Shown here piece by piece: positions 18,635-26,627 of a DNA stretch of 32,000 nucleotides (its first letter is position 1; every line of letters begins with the position of its first letter). The position numbers and the translations under genes were made by a program. Source of the stretch: Bellilinea caldifistulae (lineage in GTDB: Bacteria; Chloroflexota; Anaerolineae; Anaerolineales; Anaerolineaceae); NCBI RefSeq assembly GCF_001306055.1, contig NZ_LGHJ01000014.1:180001-212000 (forward strand), given 5' to 3'. The notes under the pieces are model-generated. The model was not told the origin of the DNA, did no database searches, and worked only from the letters and a program-made list of their open reading frames with translations.

Positions 18635-19978
18635 TTACCAGACTCGTTCTAAATCAGGGTTATCCAGTGCTTTGCGGCCGACTTTGGCCATATCCACCCA
18701 TTGACCATCCACTTTGATGCGCACCACATCAGCGGTATAGTCGGTGACGGTATCGTTGTGGTTATCGAACAGGGCTGAGCCGACCGCGTAGATATCCACC
18801 GGCACTTGCAGTTTTTCAAAACGGGTGATTTTTTCGGGGGTGAAGCCGCCGGAGACGACGATTTTGACCTCCTGACAGTAGCGCCGGGCTGGCTCGCGCC
18901 AATCGGCGGGTAGATCCCAGGTTTCCCAGGCCGTATCCAGCGCCTGACGTACCAGAAAGACCAGCCGAGGATTGACGCCCAAATCGAGGGCAGGGTCACC
19001 GAGCGGCGGAACGCTGACATCTCGTAAACTTCCACTGGTATCCAGTCGGACGCCATAGAGTTTATACCGCTGGGCTTCTTCCGTCTGACCGGCTTCAATC
19101 AATGCGCGGTAGCGTTCAAACATGGCCTTGCAAACCGCCAGCGAATCACGCACACAATCATTGTTGAAATCCACCAGAGCAATGCGTGGAATGCTGGGAG
19201 AAAGCACCTTGGCAAACGCCAGCATGGCCTCGGCGGTGTCCCCCAAAAAGGAAGCAATTGCAGCATGAGCCACCGTGCCACCGCCAGCACCACCCCACCA
19301 GTCGCCCTGTGCATCGGTGGAAACGAAGGGGCCTAATGTGCTGGCATGATCGTGGTTATACCGCTGGACGGCAATCTGGTAGGCGTAACCATCAGCTGCC
19401 TGCACTTCGTGCAGGTCAAAACGAGCCGGGAAAAAAAGCATTGGCTTGCCACGTGCAGCCACCAGAGCATTATACACATTGGTGGCCACCCGGCTGGCGC
19501 GGGTGAGGATACCAAGGGTGGGGGTCTCCAGAATAGCAAAGTCTCGGTACCGCCCGCGCACGCGCATCACCGGTTGAACATTCAGAGGGTTGCCGTCCGA
19601 AGTGACCGTGCAGCCATCATGAACCGCCCAAACTTCCAACTGATCGGCAGTATTAATAAAGGTATCTCCCTCAAAGTAACCCGTGCAGTGGCGCAGCATG
19701 GTCAGGGCTTTATCCACGCCAACCACAATGGTTTTACCCGGTCGGCGGGTGAACCACTGCATCTCGACTTCAATATCGCCGCAGGCGATCTGGTATGGGT
19801 CAATGCCGGGCGGCAGGCGGTGATCCTGGCCCTGATAACGATAACCCTGTTTGGAAAGCACGCTGAGCATGGTGGTAATGTTGACGAAGTACTTGTCGGT
19901 ATACCAGCCGCGCCGCATGCGCTCAATATCCAGTTTGAAGGTTTCATTGGTCAGACGCTTGCCGTCGAAAATGCTCAT
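18635..19978 (-). CDS. Nicotinate phosphoribosyltransferase-family protein (type-II PRTase, NAPRTase subgroup-B-like)
   Basis: N-terminal YTDKYF motif, a central GGGT region, VRLDTSG, and VSGGF near the C-terminus, as in NAPRTase/QAPRTase barrels. Assignment to nicotinate versus another substrate is not secure. Confidence 0.6.
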   Translation of the reverse strand: MSIFDGKRLTNETFKLDIERMRRGWYTDKYFVNITTMLSVLSKQGYRYQGQDHRLPPGIDPYQIACGDIEVEMQWFTRRPGKTIVVGVDKALTMLRHCTGYFEGDTFINTADQLEVWAVHDGCTVTSDGNPLNVQPVMRVRGRYRDFAILETPTLGILTRASRVATNVYNALVAARGKPMLFFPARFDLHEVQAADGYAYQIAVQRYNHDHASTLGPFVSTDAQGDWWGGAGGGTVAHAAIASFLGDTAEAMLAFAKVLSPSIPRIALVDFNNDCVRDSLAVCKAMFERYRALIEAGQTEEAQRYKLYGVRLDTSGSLRDVSVPPLGDPALDLGVNPRLVFLVRQALDTAWETWDLPADWREPARRYCQEVKIVVSGGFTPEKITRFEKLQVPVDIYAVGSALFDNHNDTVTDYTADVVRIKVDGQWVDMAKVGRKALDNPDLERVW

Positions 19979-20199
19979 GGGAAAACTCCGGGGAAAGATA
20001 GTTGGTGTAATTTATACACTAAATATAAACCCAAATGAATGGGGTGTCAAGGAGTTTAGGAAGTTCTCTTTCCTAAACATCAATTCTTATTTGGTATTAT
20101 TGCCACTATGCTTCCAAAAATTCAGTGCGAGGTTACCCTACCCATCCCGCCCTCTATGGATTATATTTTTGAAAAATCCAGTCGAGAGGTGAAGTCACC

Positions 20200-20433
20200 A
20201 TGCAGAGTTTTGAAGTGATTGGACGCTGGTTGATGTTTCTGGGTATTGGGCTGGTGGTGGTCGGTGGCATCTTCTGGATAATGGGACGGCTGCCGGCTTT
20301 GCAGAACCTGCCCGGCACCATTAAAATCGAACGAGAGGGTTTTACCTGCATCTTCCCGCTGGCAGCCTCCATTTTGCTCAGCATCATTCTGACGGTGGTC
20401 TTGAACATTATCGCCCGTCTGGGCGGCCGTTAG
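20200..20433 (+). CDS. DUF2905-family small membrane protein
   Basis: Two hydrophobic helices flank GRLPALQNLPGTIKIEREGFTCIFPL, which resembles the DUF2905 signature (GKLPGDI..., F.FYFP). GAGGTGA RBS. Confidence 0.7.
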   Translation: MQSFEVIGRWLMFLGIGLVVVGGIFWIMGRLPALQNLPGTIKIEREGFTCIFPLAASILLSIILTVVLNIIARLGGR

Positions 20434-20545
20434 GCTTTCATATAAATGGGATTGATTTGTCTTAAAACGAATTGTTCTATGGTAAACTTGAAGTCTGTCA
20501 TCATCGGGGACATGCCGGCAGAAAAATTGTTGAGGAGTTGGAAAA

Positions 20546-21097
20546 ATGGTCGAACGCGAAACTTACGCGATTGAACTGGCGGGGCTGCGCCGCGAGTTGC
20601 CGCTATTTGAGGTCAAACCCGGTTTGAAAATTGCGATTTTGAATATTCTGGGGGATACGCCGCTGGTTGAGGCTTGCGCTGAGGCTCTGGCACATCAGTC
20701 GCGTGATCGTGATTTTGATGTGATCGTCACAGCCGAGTCAAAAAGTATTCCACTGGCGTATGCCATGTCGGTGCGTTTGAACAAGCCTTATGTGGTGCTG
20801 CGCAAGGTTTATAAATTTTACATGGGCGAGGCCTTGAAGGCCCAAACCCTTTCAATTACCACCGGTGAGCCGCAAACGCTCTATCTTGATGAAAAGGATC
20901 ACCGCTTACTGCGCGGGAAAAAAGTCATGATCCTGGATGATGTGATCAGCACCGGTTCAACCCTGGAAGGTATGCGTTCCCTCATGGAACAGGCTGGGGC
21001 AACCGTCACTGTGGAAGCGGCCATCTGCACTGAGGGGGACTTGGCGCGCTGGAATGGGATTGTCGCTCTGGCACACCTGCCTTTGTTTGAAGAATAA
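20546..21097 (+). CDS. Type-I phosphoribosyltransferase domain protein (PurR-C-terminal/adenine-xanthine PRT-like)
   Basis: PRPP-binding loop KKVMILDDVISTGSTL. The pattern TAESKSIPLAYAMSVRLNKPYVVLRK parallels the PRT domain of PurR-type proteins, but there is no N-terminal DNA-binding domain. GAGGAG RBS. Confidence 0.75.
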   Translation: MVERETYAIELAGLRRELPLFEVKPGLKIAILNILGDTPLVEACAEALAHQSRDRDFDVIVTAESKSIPLAYAMSVRLNKPYVVLRKVYKFYMGEALKAQTLSITTGEPQTLYLDEKDHRLLRGKKVMILDDVISTGSTLEGMRSLMEQAGATVTVEAAICTEGDLARWNGIVALAHLPLFEE

Positions 21098-21120
21098 ACC
21101 ATTCATCGAATCCGAATCAA

Positions 21121-21160
21121 AAATCACCCCGCGGTGATCGCTTAACGGGGTGATTTTTTG
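21121..21160. terminator. Rho-independent terminator, probably bidirectional (PRT gene on +, ferredoxin gene on -)
   Basis: AAATCACCCCG (21121..21131) pairs with CGGGGTGATTT (21146..21156). It is followed by a T run on the + strand and preceded by an A run, which gives a U run on the - strand. Confidence 0.75.
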
Positions 21161-21325
21161 TAATTATCGGAAACGGAAAATCAGGCGCGCCGGCGGACGC
21201 GCACCAACACGTCAACTTTCAAAGACAAACGGGGTTCCTCCGCCTATCATCCAATCGGATTTGCCGCAGATAACCTCACTCCTTTACGGCAAATTTTCCT
21301 GTTTCGTCAAAAACTCAGCGGCTCG

Positions 21326-21517
21326 TCAATCTTCGAATGAAATGGCTTCTTCGGGGCATTCATCCACGGCTTGCTGGACGAGGTCACGGTAAGATTCGGG
21401 GACGGGATCCATGATGACAATTGCATGAATGGCGTCACCCAACTGAAAAATTTCGGGGGCAATCGTTTCGCATACACCGCAGCCCATACAGATATCCGGG
21501 TCAACAAACACCTTCAT
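21326..21517 (-). CDS. Small single-cluster ferredoxin
   Basis: 63 aa with CMGCGVC ... CP, i.e. CxxCxxC plus a distal Cys-Pro, as in the mono-cluster [4Fe-4S]/[3Fe-4S] ferredoxin family. AGGAGGA RBS. Confidence 0.85.
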   Translation of the reverse strand: MKVFVDPDICMGCGVCETIAPEIFQLGDAIHAIVIMDPVPESYRDLVQQAVDECPEEAISFED

Positions 21518-21688
21518 TAGTAAATTTCCTCCTGAAGTGTGGGGGTAGAAAACGAGAGAAACAGCGGCGAGACTTCGATACTGCCAGTAAACATGGGGGA
21601 TATTCTCATTATATTGATTTTAGGGTTAAATGCTTCGGTTTACAGGGTGATATTCTTCCTGATTTTTGTCCGAAAATGTCCATTGACT

Positions 21689-22828
21689 TCATGCCTTTTG
21701 AAGGCTGACTCCCTCACTGGCGTGGCAGAGGTAGATTTCAGCCGATTTGCCGGTGCGGGTGTGATATTCCTGCGCCAGCGATTGGGCAAAAGTCCGGGCT
21801 GCTTCTTCCAGCACCAGATTAACCGTGCATCCCCCAAAACCGGCTCCCGTCAGGCGTGCCCCAAGGCAACCCGGCAGGTGGGCGGCAATCTCCACCAGTG
21901 CATCCAGTTCGGGAATGCTGACCTGATACAAATCTCGCAAAGAGGCATGACCTTCGTACATTAATTCCCCGAACGAACGACTATCACCACCTTTGAGGTA
22001 TTTTACGGCTTGCTGCACGCGGGCAATTTCTTCCACCACATGACGGGCATGTTGGCGAACCTGCTCCGGCAGGTATAAGGCTAGTCGGTTGAAGTCCTCC
22101 GGGCTGACATCCCGCAAGCTATGAATGGCAGGCAGGTGCATCTGCAAGAGGCGCACGGCTTCTTCACAATCGGCGCGGCGTTGATTGTAAGCCGAACCTG
22201 CCAGGGTGCGGCGCACCCCTGAATCGGCGATCACCAACGCGGTTCCAGACGGGAGAGGGACGGGTTCGTATTCCAGGGAGCGGGTATCGAACATCAGGGC
22301 GTGATCCTTGACCCCGCAGGCGGAGGCAAATTGATCCATCAGTCCGCAGTTGACGCCGACAAACTGATTTTCGGCTTGCTGACACAGACGTGCCAGTTCC
22401 AAACGGCTCAGTCCCCAGCCGTTTAATTCATTCCATAAAGCCCCAAAAGCCACTTCAACCGCAGCCGAGGAACTGAGACCCGCTCCAATCGGGACAGTGG
22501 AAGTGAACACCGCATGAATGCCGCTGACGGTTAAGCCGCGCTGCCTGGCCGCCCAGGCCACTCCGGCGGGGTAGCGTGCCCAATCCGGTAATTGCCGGGC
22601 CTGCAGGTCTTCTACATCGAAAGAAATTCTCTGCCCCAGATCCAGCGCGGTTAAATCTACCGTGGTGTCAGAACGTGCCGCGGCCTGTAAGTGAACATAA
22701 CGGTCAATGGCAGCCGGCAAGACGATGCCCTCATTGTAATCAACATGCTCCCCCAGTAGATTGACTCGACCGGGGGCGCGGACATCAAAGTCGGGGTTGG
22801 GGAGATGAGCGGAGAGTGGTTCGATCAT
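21689..22828 (-). CDS. galK: Galactokinase
   Basis: Galactokinase signature GRVNLLGEHVDYNEG, the GHMP ATP-binding loop PIGAGLSSSAA, and the C-terminal GAGFGGC motif. Confidence 0.92.
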   Translation of the reverse strand: MIEPLSAHLPNPDFDVRAPGRVNLLGEHVDYNEGIVLPAAIDRYVHLQAAARSDTTVDLTALDLGQRISFDVEDLQARQLPDWARYPAGVAWAARQRGLTVSGIHAVFTSTVPIGAGLSSSAAVEVAFGALWNELNGWGLSRLELARLCQQAENQFVGVNCGLMDQFASACGVKDHALMFDTRSLEYEPVPLPSGTALVIADSGVRRTLAGSAYNQRRADCEEAVRLLQMHLPAIHSLRDVSPEDFNRLALYLPEQVRQHARHVVEEIARVQQAVKYLKGGDSRSFGELMYEGHASLRDLYQVSIPELDALVEIAAHLPGCLGARLTGAGFGGCTVNLVLEEAARTFAQSLAQEYHTRTGKSAEIYLCHASEGVSLQKA

Positions 22829-23079
22829 TGCGAATTGTTGTTTTGAATCAATTCTTTTTTACGCTGATGATTGAGCTTTTTCAACTGAGCTTCACGGCGC
22901 AAGGCGGCCTGCCGGCTAGGCTGCTCTTCAACATACACAAGGCGGACGGGCAGATGCAAGCGGGTATAACGCGCTCCCCGACCGGAATTGTGCTGGCGCT
23001 CGCGGCGGTGCGGGTCGGTGCTCCAGCCGGTATAAAAACTGCCATCATTGCATTCCAGAATATAGCAGTAATACCCCAT
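22825..23079 (-). CDS. GIY-YIG nuclease-domain protein (UPF0213/YhbQ-like)
   Basis: YYCYILECNDGSFYTGWSTDPHRRERQHN...RGARYT...LVYVE fits the GIY-YIG core. There is an ATGA overlap with the galK start. Confidence 0.85.
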   Translation of the reverse strand: MGYYCYILECNDGSFYTGWSTDPHRRERQHNSGRGARYTRLHLPVRLVYVEEQPSRQAALRREAQLKKLNHQRKKELIQNNNSQ

Positions 23080-23082
23080 AGA

Positions 23083-24090
23083 CTATCTGGATGGTTTGTT
23101 CCCTTTGCCCTGTTCTCGGGGGCGCTTGCCCAGACCGAACAATCTGCCGATCAGCTGACCACTGGTGGGCAGAATCGAAGGTGAGGAAGGCACATCCCAC
23201 ATCCCTTCCAGGCGGTCTTGCCACCATTGAATGCGCTGTTGCTGAGCGCTGGTCAATGCCTGATGAAGCGCCTGATCATCCTGATTAAGCAGCATTTCGC
23301 GGAAATCTTCCAGTTCACCAATCAGGGCATCCAGCAGGCGAATGGCATTGTCGCTGTTGAAGATTGCGGTTTGACCGAGCAATTTTTGTTCATTGAGGTG
23401 CAAAAGGGGTTCGGTCACCTCTACAAACGAGCGCCCGGCCAGTTTTCTACCTTCCCGCCAGCCCGGCTGATTCATGGCAGCCCGCATCATGCCGGCCGCC
23501 GTCAGTTTGGGCAGCAAATCAACCATTGCCATAAGACCGTCGGCTTCAAAAGGATCAGCATAAAAAGGTTTACCGCCGATCATTTCTGCCAGATCTCCGG
23601 CCAGTTTGAGGGCATCGGCGTGAGTGTCAGGCGGGGCGGTGATGACGATCAGGCCGCGCTGGAAGTAGTCTGGACTGGCTTTGTCCAGGGATTCATCCGT
23701 ATCGGTGAGGAAGGACGGATTCAGGGCGGGGGTGAAGGAGATGAGATAGCGTTCTTCGGGTAAGAGATTTTTTGCCCAGTTAAACACGGTGTTGGAAAGC
23801 GGGGAAGTATCCAGAACCACTGCGCCGGCTTTCAATGATGGCGCAATGGCTTCCAGGGTACTGCGAATTTCATCCACCGGCAGGCACAAAATGACTACAT
23901 CGGCTTTTTCTACCGCAGCGTGCAGGTTGTGAATGATACGGTCAATCGCCTTGAGATGAAGGGCTTTTTGCTCGGCAATCAGGTCGGCATCTGAGCCGAC
24001 CCGCTCCAGTTGGGCTGTGTTTTTTTGGAGCGCCAGCCCGATAGAAACTGCGGTCTGGTTCAGACCAAGAAGACTGATGCGTAATGCCAT
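23083..24090 (-). CDS. Prephenate/arogenate dehydrogenase (TyrA)-like protein with degenerate cofactor and catalytic motifs
   Basis: Collinear by-eye similarity to TyrA (for example B. subtilis): ISLLGLNQTAVSIGLAL vs ILLAGLGLIGGSIALAI; ADVVILCLPV vs ATVIIATPV; VLDTSPLS vs ITDVGSTK. However GxGxxG, GGHPMAG and HD...SH are replaced (see findings). The start codon overlaps the stop of the upstream M50 gene (TAATG). Confidence 0.6.
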   Translation of the reverse strand: MALRISLLGLNQTAVSIGLALQKNTAQLERVGSDADLIAEQKALHLKAIDRIIHNLHAAVEKADVVILCLPVDEIRSTLEAIAPSLKAGAVVLDTSPLSNTVFNWAKNLLPEERYLISFTPALNPSFLTDTDESLDKASPDYFQRGLIVITAPPDTHADALKLAGDLAEMIGGKPFYADPFEADGLMAMVDLLPKLTAAGMMRAAMNQPGWREGRKLAGRSFVEVTEPLLHLNEQKLLGQTAIFNSDNAIRLLDALIGELEDFREMLLNQDDQALHQALTSAQQQRIQWWQDRLEGMWDVPSSPSILPTSGQLIGRLFGLGKRPREQGKGNKPSR

Positions 24091-24743
24091 TAATTTCCTC
24101 CCAGTAATAAATAAAGGAGATTGGGTAAGGCGGGATTCATAATTAAGGAAAACACGTCAAAACCCAGGCGAGAGGGGATGATCAGTAAACCGATTAAAAT
24201 CAGTGATCCGTACGGGCGGATCACACTCATAGCACGTGCCAATGACGGTGGTGCAAAATACTCGACGATTTTATCGCCGTCCAGGGGTGCCAGCGGAATC
24301 AGGTTGAACAACATCAATATCAGGTTGATAAAGATAAATTCAAGCAGGAACTGGTAGGGCGTTGGGAAAAAGCCCGGCAGGGGACTGCCGGATGAGAAAG
24401 TCACCAGACCCAATCGCAATGGAATGGCGGCCAGAGCTGCCAGTAGAAAATTGGAAAACGGCCCGGCGAGTGAGACCCACATCAGGGCGGCTGGTGAGCG
24501 CCGGTTGAGCGCATACGGGTTGACCGGCACCGGTTTGGCCCAGCCAAAACCGGCAATTAACAGCATCAGGGAGCCAAAGGGATCGAGATGACTGAGCGGA
24601 TTGAGGGTCAGCCGTCCGTATTGACGCGGCGTTTCATCGCCGAAACGGGTAGCCGTCCAGGCATGGGCAAATTCATGCACGCTGAAGGCAATGATCAGGA
24701 TGAAAATGCGGCTGATGAGGGTTTGCGGATCGAGATTCAACAT
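24090..24743 (-). CDS. Site-2 protease family (peptidase M50) membrane metalloprotease
   Basis: HEFAHAW (HExxH) in the first TM helix and NLIPLAPLDGDKI (NxxPxxxLDG), with multiple hydrophobic helices. Start set to the ATG at 24743 (MLNLDPQ...). The 50-aa upstream extension of the ORF overlaps the divergent DUF951 gene and looks non-coding. Confidence 0.85.
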   Translation of the reverse strand: MLNLDPQTLISRIFILIIAFSVHEFAHAWTATRFGDETPRQYGRLTLNPLSHLDPFGSLMLLIAGFGWAKPVPVNPYALNRRSPAALMWVSLAGPFSNFLLAALAAIPLRLGLVTFSSGSPLPGFFPTPYQFLLEFIFINLILMLFNLIPLAPLDGDKIVEYFAPPSLARAMSVIRPYGSLILIGLLIIPSRLGFDVFSLIMNPALPNLLYLLLGGN

Positions 24744-24749
24744 AAAACG

Positions 24750-24758
24750 ATTATAACA
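24750..24758 (-). promoter_or_regulatory. Extended -10 box TGTTATAAT, 6 nt upstream of the M50 ATG (predicted leaderless transcript)
   Basis: The reverse complement of 24750..24758 is TGTTATAAT, followed by CGTTTT and then ATG (24743..24741). Confidence 0.5.
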
Positions 24759-24762
24759 TGGG

Positions 24763-24771
24763 TGGTATAAT
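24763..24771 (+). promoter_or_regulatory. Extended -10 box TGGTATAAT, 6 nt upstream of the DUF951 ATG (predicted leaderless transcript)
   Basis: TGGTATAAT at 24763..24771, followed by GCGGGC and then ATG at 24778. Confidence 0.5.
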
Positions 24772-24777
24772 GCGGGC

Positions 24778-24990
24778 ATGTTGCCAGATTTGCAGCTGAA
24801 TGATGTGGTGCGCCTTCGAAAACCCCATCCTTGTGGAGGGTATGAATGGAAGGTGGTACGCCTGGGTGCCGATATTGGGCTGGAATGCTGCACCTGTCAA
24901 CGGCGGGTGTTATTGACCCGTCGGGAGTTATCCCGCCGCTTGAAGACAATTGTGACGCGAGGCAGCCATGAGCAAAACCCCGCCGGATAA
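24778..24990 (+). CDS. DUF951-family small protein
   Basis: The pattern [50 protein letters not shown] matches the DUF951 pattern (KPHPCG..W...R.GaDi...C..C.r.v...R). The gene overlaps the next gene by 23 nt. Confidence 0.7.
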   Translation: MLPDLQLNDVVRLRKPHPCGGYEWKVVRLGADIGLECCTCQRRVLLTRRELSRRLKTIVTRGSHEQNPAG

Positions 24991-26125
24991 ACCGCACATC
25001 CTTTTTCTGTTTTCAGATACCGGCGGCGGTCATCGCAGCGCGGCGGAAGCCATCATCGAGGCAATGGGTCTGGAATTTGGTGACCAGATCAGCACGGAGA
25101 TGGTGGACATCTTTTTGGAATATGCTCCCCCGCCGATTAACCTTGCACCGCGCATTTACCCCACCCTTTCGCGCATGCCGGATTTATGGGAATTGGGTTA
25201 CCGGATCAGCGACGGTAAGCGCCGAACTCGTTTTGCATATACCATGCTCTGGCCGTATGTACGCCGTTCGCTCGACCGTCTTTTGATGGAACATCCGGCT
25301 TCGCTGGTTGTTTCGGTTCATCAGTTGATCAACACTCCTGTTTCAAAAGCAGCCAAAAAGTTGGGTGTGCCGTTCATTACCGTCGTAACCGACCTGGTTT
25401 CTACCCACGCGGCGTGGTACTGCAATCAGGCGGATCTGGTGGTGGTGCCGACCGACGAGGCTTTCCAGCGCGGGCTGGAGATGGGGCTGAATCCGTCACA
25501 GATGCGGGTAGTCGGCCTGCCGGTTGCGGAGCGGTTTTGCCAGCCAAGGGCTGACGAACGCGTGTTACGCGAGCGGCTTGGTTGGCGACAAGACTTGCCG
25601 GTGGCCATTCTGGTGGGCGGCGGTGAGGGGATGGGGCCGCTGGCCGCCACCGCTCGAGCAATTGACGAAGCCCATCTCCCTCTGCAGTTGATCATTGTGG
25701 CCGGGCGTAACCGCGTCTTGAAAGAACAACTCCAACGCGTGCGCTGGCAAATACCGGTCAAAGTCTATGGCTTTGTCACCGAAATGCCCGATTTTATGCG
25801 GGCTGCCGATATTTTGATTACCAAAGCCGGGCCGGGTACGATTTGTGAAGCCTTTATTGCCGGTTTACCATTGATTCTTTACAGCAAAATGCCCGGACAA
25901 GAGGACGGCAATGTGGATTTTGTTGTCCGGCATGGGGCGGGCGTATGGGCACCTCAACCCGGGCTGGTGGTCAAGGCGTTACAGCACTGGCTGCGGCGGC
26001 CTGAGGAACGCCTGAAAACCGCTCAAACTGCTTTGAAACTGGGCAGGCCGAAGGCTGCTCGCGAGATTGCCCATTTACTCGTGGAGCAAGCCCGCCGACA
26101 GTCAACCACCAAAATACGGGTATAA
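24968..26125 (+). CDS. GT28-family glycolipid synthase, monogalactosyl/monoglucosyl-diacylglycerol synthase-like (plant MGD-type)
   Basis: N-terminal [19 protein letters not shown] is the hallmark of the MGDG_synth domain (plant MGD1: [14 protein letters not shown]). The C-terminal GT-B half has [11 protein letters not shown]. Confidence 0.85.
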   Translation: MSKTPPDKPHILFLFSDTGGGHRSAAEAIIEAMGLEFGDQISTEMVDIFLEYAPPPINLAPRIYPTLSRMPDLWELGYRISDGKRRTRFAYTMLWPYVRRSLDRLLMEHPASLVVSVHQLINTPVSKAAKKLGVPFITVVTDLVSTHAAWYCNQADLVVVPTDEAFQRGLEMGLNPSQMRVVGLPVAERFCQPRADERVLRERLGWRQDLPVAILVGGGEGMGPLAATARAIDEAHLPLQLIIVAGRNRVLKEQLQRVRWQIPVKVYGFVTEMPDFMRAADILITKAGPGTICEAFIAGLPLILYSKMPGQEDGNVDFVVRHGAGVWAPQPGLVVKALQHWLRRPEERLKTAQTALKLGRPKAAREIAHLLVEQARRQSTTKIRV

Positions 26126-26132
26126 TTTGAAT

Positions 26133-26627
26133 ATGCCTATTCTGGATGCACGAACGCTGGAATTTTTCAGTCGCAGCGCCGATCAAACCCGCCGGCTGGG
26201 AATGCGTTTGGGAGGTCTGTTACAGAAAGGGGATGTGGTCCTCCTGCAGGGAGAACTTGGCAGCGGTAAAACAACGCTGGTACAAGGCATGGCGCATGGG
26301 TGGGGATCGTTAGATCCCGTTTCCAGCCCCACCTTTGTGCTGGTGAATGTTTACCGTCGGCCGGATGGCCAGGCTCTTTATCATCTGGATGCTTACCGTT
26401 TGAAGTCAGCCGCGGAAGCCCTGGATTTGGACCTGGACTGGTTGATGGAAAGTGGCGCATTGGTGGTGGAATGGCCGGAGAACATCCAATCGGCTCTACC
26501 GCGCGAACACTTGCTGGTGCGCTTGAGCTGGATTGCGGAAGAACAACGCGGTATGGTGTTTCTGGCTCAGGGCAGTCGTTACGAAACGCTGGTCCAGGAA
26601 TTCCGTCAGCGGGTGGTGGGAGGCTGA
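26133..26627 (+). CDS. tsaE: tRNA t6A37 biosynthesis ATPase TsaE
   Basis: GELGSGKTTLVQG P-loop, SPTFVLVNVY and YHLDAYRL motifs. The ATG at 26133 lies just after the upstream stop. The longer ORF from 26067 would overlap the glycosyltransferase. Confidence 0.9.
   Translation: MPILDARTLEFFSRSADQTRRLGMRLGGLLQKGDVVLLQGELGSGKTTLVQGMAHGWGSLDPVSSPTFVLVNVYRRPDGQALYHLDAYRLKSAAEALDLDLDWLMESGALVVEWPENIQSALPREHLLVRLSWIAEEQRGMVFLAQGSRYETLVQEFRQRVVGG

Noticed and set aside
18635-21097. The idea that the NAPRTase-like gene and the PRPP-binding PRT-domain gene form an NAD-reconstitution or anti-defence-type module
   Set aside because: The two genes are divergent and separated by an unrelated DUF2905 gene. 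The PRT protein looks like a PurR-type purine PRT domain rather than a Prs-like pyrophosphokinase. No phage or defence context is present, so ordinary salvage genes are the simpler explanation.
21150-21392. 80-aa + strand ORF downstream of the PRT terminator
   Set aside because: It starts inside the terminator T-tract region and runs antisense into the ferredoxin gene. The sequence is Arg/Ser-rich with no RBS.
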